IMG/VR virus record: IMGVR_UViG_3300044716_000973 | Location: 9,120-73,119 of that record | Origin: a virus | Direction: 5' to 3' (one strand) | Length of the DNA: 64,000 nt | Shown: piece by piece, positions 9,133-15,197 of the stretch | Layout of the letters: every line of letters starts with the position of its first letter | Position numbering within the stretch: the first letter of the stretch is position 1 | Notes under the pieces: generated by a model | The model's input: only the letters and a program-made list of their open reading frames with translations | Told to the model about the DNA's origin: nothing | Database searches by the model: none | Position numbers and translations under genes: made by a program

Positions 9133-9573
9133 ATGAAGAAGTTTATTGCACTAGCGCTTATCGCCCTAGCCACCACTCCAGCTATTGCTCAGAAGACACC
9201 AGTTGGTGTTACCTATGACACCACTATTGTCCGTGCCATTGATGGTGATACAATTGTTGTTACCGCGCCATATCTTCCAGCGCCACTGAAGCCTGAGCTG
9301 GGTGTTCGTATCTTTGGTGTCGACACTCCAGAGAAAAGCTTCCGCGCTAAATGTGAAAGCGAAAAGAAGCGTGGTGAGCAAGCTTCTGTCTTTACAAAAG
9401 ACGTAATTGCTGCGACAAAGAAGCACCAGGTTGTTCTATACGATTGGGACAAGTTTGGTGGCCGTATTCTTGGCGATATCTTGCTTGATGGTATGAGCCT
9501 TCGTGATCTGCTTATCAAGAATGGTTTTGCTCGTGAATATTATGGCGACGCAAAGCAATCTTGGTGCAATTAA
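9133..9573 (+). CDS. SNase/thermonuclease-family nuclease with signal peptide
   Basis: RAIDGDTI, VRIFGVDTPE, DKFGGRILG and LIKNGFAREY; signal peptide ending PAIA. Confidence 0.88.
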   Translation: MKKFIALALIALATTPAIAQKTPVGVTYDTTIVRAIDGDTIVVTAPYLPAPLKPELGVRIFGVDTPEKSFRAKCESEKKRGEQASVFTKDVIAATKKHQVVLYDWDKFGGRILGDILLDGMSLRDLLIKNGFAREYYGDAKQSWCN

Positions 9574-9576
9574 TGG

Positions 9577-9607
9577 TTGACATTTAAATCAATCTAGTAT
9601 ATAAATA
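9577..9607 (+). promoter_or_regulatory. Composite sigma70 and T4-late promoter of the tmRNA
   Basis: TTGACA (9577-9582), 17 nt, TATAAATA (9600-9607). Confidence 0.8.
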
Positions 9608-9611
9608 GAAT

Positions 9612-9966
9612 ATCAGTTGTTGACAATCAACAATAAAGGTTCCGAGGACGCGGGGGCAGTACCCGCCACCTCCACCATAGACACTCTGGGCCGAATACAC
9701 ACCGGCTAATAAAAGTTTCGATTACTATTGCTGAAATCCGGGCAATAGAATAGGCAGAGTTTGGAATCGCAGGTACTCTCTAGCCAGAGTGTCTATGATG
9801 GGGGTGAACTAGGATCGACTGGGATGGAATAGGGCGGTTCGAGACTGATTGATTGGCAAAGTGCCACTAAACGTAAATGCAAACGATAACAACGCATATG
9901 AAGGTCTTGCACTAGCTGCATGATTTTTCGGGGGATGGGTTCCACCTAGCAACAGAACGGGCCCAC
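9612..9966 (+). ncRNA. ssrA: Circularly permuted two-piece tmRNA (alphaproteobacterial type): acceptor piece ending CCA 9677, intervening segment 9678-9799, coding piece from 9800; outer ends approximate
   Basis: T-arm GCGGG-GGCAGTA-CCCGC, then CACCTCC-A-CCA pairing with GGGGGTG (9800-9806) with a G3.U70 pair; GGATCGAC after the 5' strand; tag ORF 9879-9923 encodes ANDNNAYEGLALAA*. Confidence 0.95.
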
Positions 9967-10002
9967 ACATACCACGAGTTGTTCTAGAAACACCACGAGT
10001 GG

Positions 10003-10033
10003 TTGACATTTATAGATCTATGGTGTATAAATA
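10003..10033 (+). promoter_or_regulatory. Composite sigma70 and T4-late promoter
   Basis: TTGACA (10003-10008), 17 nt, TATAAATA (10026-10033). Confidence 0.8.
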
Positions 10034-10039
10034 AAATAT

Positions 10040-10295
10040 CGCAACGGAGGTTGGAACCTCCATTGACTCTTACAAAGCTTCAAGTCTTAGGGCTATAGAA
10101 AGCGGAATTATCTAACATCTCAGATGCACAATAATTCCACCGACGAAACCATAATGATTTTGCATTTCCAGTAAGAGGGAAATGGATGGAAGATACCTTC
10201 GTTATTTCTTTTTGTATCTTCTCATAGCGACAGAAAAACTATAGGCTGAGATGCCTGCAAAGTAGTCTCTGTTTGCCAAAGTCATTTAAGATTAG
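10040..10295 (+). ncRNA. Candidate structured RNA or long 5' leader of the cell-wall hydrolase gene
   Basis: No credible + strand ORF; four perfect 6-8 bp hairpins plus two 7-8 bp loop-to-distal complementarities. Confidence 0.55.
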
Positions 10296-10304
10296 AGGAT
10301 ACAA

Positions 10305-10883
10305 ATGAAACTTTTCGAAAATAGAAAAGATTTCCCGTACCTGCGCTGGGCTGAAGGATTCTGCCTTGGTCTTGCTCTTGCTGCAGGTGCAGCAGTTGCA
10401 ATGCCAACTAAGGAACCAGAAGTCAAGATTGTTAAGGTGCCTGAAGTCAAGGTAATCGAAAAAGAAGTTATCGTAAAAAAGCCAGTTTATCTGAGCGCTA
10501 ACGATAAAAAACAAATCCAATGCATGGCCGAGAATACCTACTTCGAAGCAGGCCATGAACCCTACAAAGGTAGGATTGCGGTTAACAATGTTGTGTTAAA
10601 CCGCGTCAAAGATGATAGATTCCCAAAAACACCATGCGGAGTAATTAACCAAAAAGCTCGAGGCGTATGCCAATTTTCATGGAAGTGTGAGGGAGGAAAG
10701 CGAATTCGTGACGGTGTAGCTTTCGCAAAAGCAAAAGAAATCGCCGAACACGTGTACCTAGGAAATTACGGTGACGTAACTAAAGGTGCAAAGTTCTACC
10801 ACGCCGACTACGTAAGTCCTCGTTGGGGTAGAGTCTTTGATCGTACAACTAAGATTGGTGCACATATTTTTTATAGAGGATGA
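10305..10883 (+). CDS. Cell-wall hydrolase, SleB/Hydrolase_2 family, with N-terminal hydrophobic anchor
   Basis: CMAENTYFEAGHEP, AVNNVVLNRV, FPKTPCGVINQ, CQFSW, FYHADYVSPRW and IGAHIFY. Confidence 0.9.
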   Translation: MKLFENRKDFPYLRWAEGFCLGLALAAGAAVAMPTKEPEVKIVKVPEVKVIEKEVIVKKPVYLSANDKKQIQCMAENTYFEAGHEPYKGRIAVNNVVLNRVKDDRFPKTPCGVINQKARGVCQFSWKCEGGKRIRDGVAFAKAKEIAEHVYLGNYGDVTKGAKFYHADYVSPRWGRVFDRTTKIGAHIFYRG

Positions 10884-10889
10884 TTTATT

Positions 10890-11135
10890 ATGGTGGACGA
10901 CGTTATCTTTCAAAAGACTATGTCTAATGAAAAGTTTATTAAAGAGATTGAAAATCTTGTGAAGACGTATAATTTAGATTACATGGATGCCGTCGTCCAC
11001 CTTTGTGAAAAGAATAATATTGAAATTGAGGCTGCTGCTTCAATTATCAAGAATAATATTAAAATCAAATCAAAACTTCAGTCTGCTGCTGAAGATCTTA
11101 ACTATCTTCCTAAGACAGCCCGACTGCCAGTATGA
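10890..11135 (+). CDS. gp33: Late-transcription coactivator gp33
   Basis: EIENLV...YMDAVVHLCEKNNIEIE...LNYLPKTARLPV; position before gp59 and gp32. Confidence 0.85.
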   Translation: MVDDVIFQKTMSNEKFIKEIENLVKTYNLDYMDAVVHLCEKNNIEIEAAASIIKNNIKIKSKLQSAAEDLNYLPKTARLPV

Positions 11136-11710
11136 CGCCGTTCGAGTCTTATAAGACTTTCCTTGCGGTCAAAAGCCACTTTACCAGTGATAGTTATGAT
11201 TACATTAAGTACAATGGTAAAGTGAATGCAAGTTCTACGAGCTTCGAGACTCGTAAAGATAAGTACCAATTTTACAAACTCTCTAAACATAAGAACCCAC
11301 TTCAGTATCTGGTTGCCAACTTTGTTGATGGTGACTTGAAATGGATTGGCGATTTGTTTGATGATAAGTCTGAAAAGCTCTATGCTGACTGGCTCAAGCG
11401 ACAACAATCTCTTTCGTATATTTTTGAGCAAGACCTAAATAAACTGTTGACAGATTTTGACGATAATGTTATTGTAAAGAATGGGCAACACCCATATTTA
11501 CTTAAACAATACTTACGTAGAGAAATCTCGATTGAGACTATTATTATTCTAAATGATATTCTTGGTTTCTTTGGCCACTGGAATAAGAAGATTGAAGATG
11601 GTGTTCTCTGGCCGAACATATATAAAAAGCTAAGTAAGTATAAACCATTCTTTCATTATGACATGTTTAAGTGTCGTAAAATACTGAAAGACAAATTTGC
11701 AGGTGATTGA
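11132..11710 (+). CDS. gp59: Helicase loader gp59
   Basis: YKTFLAVKSHFTSDSYDYIKYNGK, RKDKYQFYKLS and ISIETIIIL. Confidence 0.88.
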   Translation: MTPFESYKTFLAVKSHFTSDSYDYIKYNGKVNASSTSFETRKDKYQFYKLSKHKNPLQYLVANFVDGDLKWIGDLFDDKSEKLYADWLKRQQSLSYIFEQDLNKLLTDFDDNVIVKNGQHPYLLKQYLRREISIETIIILNDILGFFGHWNKKIEDGVLWPNIYKKLSKYKPFFHYDMFKCRKILKDKFAGD

Positions 11711-12591
11711 TGTCTGAATATTTTCGTTACTCTACTGAGCCGGCTAATCCGGCAATGACTGCTCAAGCTCCTCTAGCTTCTTCCAAAGAAACATTTGAAA
11801 AGATGATGGCTGCCAAGCAAGTAAATGATGGCAACTATTGGAATGTGATGTGTGAAGTGTTTGCTGAGGATTTTGAGAATCTTCCTAAAGAACGCTTTAA
11901 GGTCTGGGCATCTGTGATGTCAGTTCCTTTTATGACTCGAGCTCGATTCTTCGATTACTTTGCTGCAGTCCTTCCAGCTGCGAAAGAAGATCGTCGAATT
12001 CGTTACGCACTCGAAGATCCCGATGTAGGGATTACCGAACAAGATCGTGGTATCTATAATCTGTTCGAAGACTTTACAACCTCAATGAATCGTATCCAAC
12101 ATATGGCTCACCTTGTTTTGAACAAGTGGACTCCAGAAGATCTGGCAAAGCTGGATACGATTGTAGAACTTGGCGGCGGCATTGGCGACATGGCTGATAT
12201 CGTCTACAAGCTCGGCTTCAAAGGCAAGTACGTAATTTACGATTTTGCTGAAGTCGGTGCAGTTCAGAAGTGGTATCACGATCAGTTAGGACATACCAAC
12301 ATCGTACATACTTCTGATGTGAATGATCTGTTTGATGCAGATCTTATGATTGGTACTTGGTCATTCACCGAGATGCCAGTCGACCTTCGTAATGATATCA
12401 TGTCAAAGATCGGCCAAACAAAAAATTGGCTAATTGCATATTCTAATGAGATCTTTGGTATCGATAATGATAAATACATACGAGAGGAATTTGTCCCACG
12501 TTTTACCAACCATGATATCGAATATTCTGATATTCCATTCATGCCTTGGGATGGCGGGGCTAAATATCTCTCAATTAAATATAACGACTAA
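11710..12591 (+). CDS. SAM-dependent methyltransferase, putative sugar O-methyltransferase type
   Basis: IVELGGGIGDMA SAM-binding motif, YVIYDF and WSFTEMP. Confidence 0.65.
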   Translation: MSEYFRYSTEPANPAMTAQAPLASSKETFEKMMAAKQVNDGNYWNVMCEVFAEDFENLPKERFKVWASVMSVPFMTRARFFDYFAAVLPAAKEDRRIRYALEDPDVGITEQDRGIYNLFEDFTTSMNRIQHMAHLVLNKWTPEDLAKLDTIVELGGGIGDMADIVYKLGFKGKYVIYDFAEVGAVQKWYHDQLGHTNIVHTSDVNDLFDADLMIGTWSFTEMPVDLRNDIMSKIGQTKNWLIAYSNEIFGIDNDKYIREEFVPRFTNHDIEYSDIPFMPWDGGAKYLSIKYND

Positions 12592-12626
12592 TATAACGTA
12601 CACAACGACATACAAGGAGAATAATT

Positions 12627-13532
12627 ATGTCTTTCGCTGATCTCAAGCGCTCGTCTGCTACCTCATTTGAAAAGCTCACCAAGGAGCTTCAGAAGCAGAC
12701 CACTACCTTCGACCGTTCCGACGATGACAAGTATTGGAAGCCTACATTGGACAAGGCTGAAAATGGCTACGCTGTTATTCGTTTCCTTCCTGCACCGGGC
12801 GGTGAAGATCTTCCTTTTGTTCGTATCTGGGACCATGGCTTTAAAGGCCCAACCGGTCTTTGGTATATCGAGAAGTCGCTGACGACTCTTGGTAAGCCAG
12901 ATCCTGTTTCTGAGCACAACTCTGTTCTCTGGAATACTGGTCTGGAATCGGACAAGGAAAAGGCACGTGACCAGAAGCGTCGCCTGTCTTACATCTCAAA
13001 CATCTACGTTGTTAGCGATCCTGGTAATCGTGACAACGAAGGTAAGGTCTTCCTGTACAAGTATGGCAAGAAGATCTTTGACAAGTTGAACGACCTGATG
13101 AACCCTCAATTTCAGGACGAACAACCAGTAAATCCGTTCGATCTTTGGACGGGTGCTAACTTCAAGCTCAAGATTCGTAAGGTTGAGGGTTACCGCAACT
13201 ACGATAAGTCTGAATTCGACTCTCCCGCACCACTGCTCGATGATGACGCTGAACTTGAAGCGGTATACAAGCAGGAGCATTCGCTCCAGGATCTTGTAGA
13301 TCCAAAGCACTTTAAGTCTTATGATGAGCTAAAGACTCGTCTCAACAATGTTCTGGGTCTTAATGCCGCTCCGGCAAAGATTCGTGGTGTTGAACTTGAC
13401 GAGGAAGAGTACAAGGCTCCGGCCCCAGTCTTCCAGGCAGCTGCTGCTCCAGCCGCTCCTGTTGCTTCGGCAGGCGTCGATGATGACGACGAGGATCTGG
13501 CTTTCTTCAAGCGACTTGCTGACGAAGATTGA
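12627..13532 (+). CDS. gp32: Single-stranded DNA-binding protein gp32
   Basis: NGYAVIRFLPAP, WYIEKSLTTLG, GKVFLYKYGKKIFDK, GANFKLKI, NYDKSEF and acidic tail. Confidence 0.95.
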   Translation: MSFADLKRSSATSFEKLTKELQKQTTTFDRSDDDKYWKPTLDKAENGYAVIRFLPAPGGEDLPFVRIWDHGFKGPTGLWYIEKSLTTLGKPDPVSEHNSVLWNTGLESDKEKARDQKRRLSYISNIYVVSDPGNRDNEGKVFLYKYGKKIFDKLNDLMNPQFQDEQPVNPFDLWTGANFKLKIRKVEGYRNYDKSEFDSPAPLLDDDAELEAVYKQEHSLQDLVDPKHFKSYDELKTRLNNVLGLNAAPAKIRGVELDEEEYKAPAPVFQAAAAPAAPVASAGVDDDDEDLAFFKRLADED

Positions 13533-13539
13533 TCGGTGG

Positions 13540-13570
13540 GAAAGGGGGCCTTCGGGTCCCCTTTCTTTTT
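13540..13570 (+). terminator. Terminator with C(UUCG)G tetraloop between convergent genes
   Basis: GAAAGGGGGCC-TTCG-GGTCCCCTTTC-TTTTT. Confidence 0.9.
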
Positions 13571-15197
13571 ATGCCGCTTTCATTGGTGTATTGGTTTCTT
13601 TATAACCAAATCGGCTAAGGTAGTATTGAACACTATTTCTATCAACCATGGTTGGTAAATTTTCAACTACTGATGAACCAGCCGCACTAATATTTGGTGG
13701 TGATACTACAGGAGGCGGTGTAGGTTTACTTGCATCGTCTTTTATTTTAGCAATTGCCGCAGTTTGCGTAGCAGCTTCATTTGATATCATTTGTGCAAAA
13801 TTTGGTGCAGCAGTTGTTAAGCTTCGTGCCATGCCCGGACCAACAACTTTTCCACCAACAGTTCCGATAAACTCTGCTATATTTGTAAAAGTATCATCAA
13901 CTTTTCTTTTTGCAGTTCCTATTACATTCTCTACCATCGATTGCTGTTGACTACCTTCTCCTTGTTCTGGAGAAAGTCCTGGTCCTTTAAATTCAAAATG
14001 TCCGCCGTGACTACCCGCGTATTTTAGTTCGGCCCAACCATATTTGTGCCCATGTTTTTTTATCCATGCATTTGATTCTCCATGGATATCCATTGCAATG
14101 CCAGATAAATGAAGGGAAGCTGCTGCTGGCTTATAACCCTTTTTTTTCATTTCTTCTTGATATGCACGGGTTCTTTTGCTGCTAGTAACGTCGCTAGGTT
14201 TTACTACACCATTCGAATCTATCATCATTTTATAAAAAGCTTCGGCGCCTTCTTTACTAAACACAACAGGTCGACCCTGCTGGTCATTACCGCCTGCTAT
14301 TCCCCAACCTTCACCAGTATTTGGGTGATTGACTTTGATTATTTTGCTTGCTGGTTTTTGTTGTTTAGCAGCATTTGGATCTGGCTTTCCACCGGCCCAT
14401 GTAGGTGCGTTGCGTTCCCACCAAGATCTGTCATCTTTTACAGTCAGTGTTTTCTGTGATTCTTTTGCCGGTGGTGTAGCCGGAGTTATTGGGGTGCGAG
14501 TGCCTGCTTCTGCTTGTTCACGTAAAGAAGGTGTTGGCTGTTCTGGAGCTGGTGGAACAGGTGTAGCATCTGTCTTTGGTGGAGGTGGAGAATATACTGG
14601 AGCAGCTTCTGCTTGTTCGCGCAACGGTGCACCAGGTTTTACAGGAGAACTGCTTTCTGAACTACTATCAGGAGTTTCTTCTGGAACATCGTCTGGGAAA
14701 AAACCATTAAAAAAATCTGTAATTTGTGTTACTGTATCAGAAATAAAAGTTGCGGTCTTTAGTGTAAAGTCTACCATTCCTGTAATGAAGTTCATTACTG
14801 GATCATATGCTAACAAACCAAGACCAAGAAGACCGAGCATGCCAAGGCCGCTGCCTGTTGACGGCGATTGAACTCTCTTGGCGTCCTTATTTTGTTCTAA
14901 TTGATTTTGGCGTTCTATTCTGTCTTCTTGAGCATCTAACTTGCTATTTTGATACGCAATCTTTTGATTGTTAAGCTTTTGCTTAAAAAGATTGTCCATT
15001 ATAGAAAGTTGATCTAAAGCGGCTATAAGCTTTTTAGAATTTAATTCTGGTTTTTTGTCAGGAACGGCGTTATCATTTGCAACGGCTTTATTTGCGTTTT
15101 TAATATCACTTTCGTTCAATAGAACAGAACCAACAATACCAAAAGACTTGGCAGTATTGGTTGTATCAATAGCGGTAATAAGAACTTTTAATGCCAT
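13569..15197 (-). CDS. Tape-measure/hub-associated virion protein with M15-type (D-Ala-D-Ala peptidase-like) domain
   Basis: N-terminal coiled coil, TM-like segment, Pro-rich linker, SLHLSGIAMDI...GHKYGW...GHFEF zinc-peptidase motifs; position after gp51. Confidence 0.65.
   Translation of the reverse strand: MALKVLITAIDTTNTAKSFGIVGSVLLNESDIKNANKAVANDNAVPDKKPELNSKKLIAALDQLSIMDNLFKQKLNNQKIAYQNSKLDAQEDRIERQNQLEQNKDAKRVQSPSTGSGLGMLGLLGLGLLAYDPVMNFITGMVDFTLKTATFISDTVTQITDFFNGFFPDDVPEETPDSSSESSSPVKPGAPLREQAEAAPVYSPPPPKTDATPVPPAPEQPTPSLREQAEAGTRTPITPATPPAKESQKTLTVKDDRSWWERNAPTWAGGKPDPNAAKQQKPASKIIKVNHPNTGEGWGIAGGNDQQGRPVVFSKEGAEAFYKMMIDSNGVVKPSDVTSSKRTRAYQEEMKKKGYKPAAASLHLSGIAMDIHGESNAWIKKHGHKYGWAELKYAGSHGGHFEFKGPGLSPEQGEGSQQQSMVENVIGTAKRKVDDTFTNIAEFIGTVGGKVVGPGMARSLTTAAPNFAQMISNEAATQTAAIAKIKDDASKPTPPPVVSPPNISAAGSSVVENLPTMVDRNSVQYYLSRFGYKETNTPMKAA

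Noticed and set aside
9647-9677. Standalone tRNA gene or integration-site remnant
   Set aside because: Only a T-arm and acceptor 3' strand are present; their partner is downstream at 9800, as expected for a permuted tmRNA.
9945-9966. AACAGAACGGGCCC resembling the RNase P RNA 3' motif
   Set aside because: No GAGGAAAGUCC partner found; it lies right after the tag ORF and is better explained as the end of the tmRNA coding piece.
10040-10300. Group I intron or known riboswitch
   Set aside because: It does not interrupt a gene and I could not identify the conserved core of a known class by eye; kept as an unknown structured RNA pending an Rfam scan.
12434-12640. 68-aa ORF overlapping the methyltransferase end and the gp32 leader
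   Set aside because: Mostly overlaps a better gene; the A/C-rich stretch before gp32 is more plausibly an unstructured translational leader.
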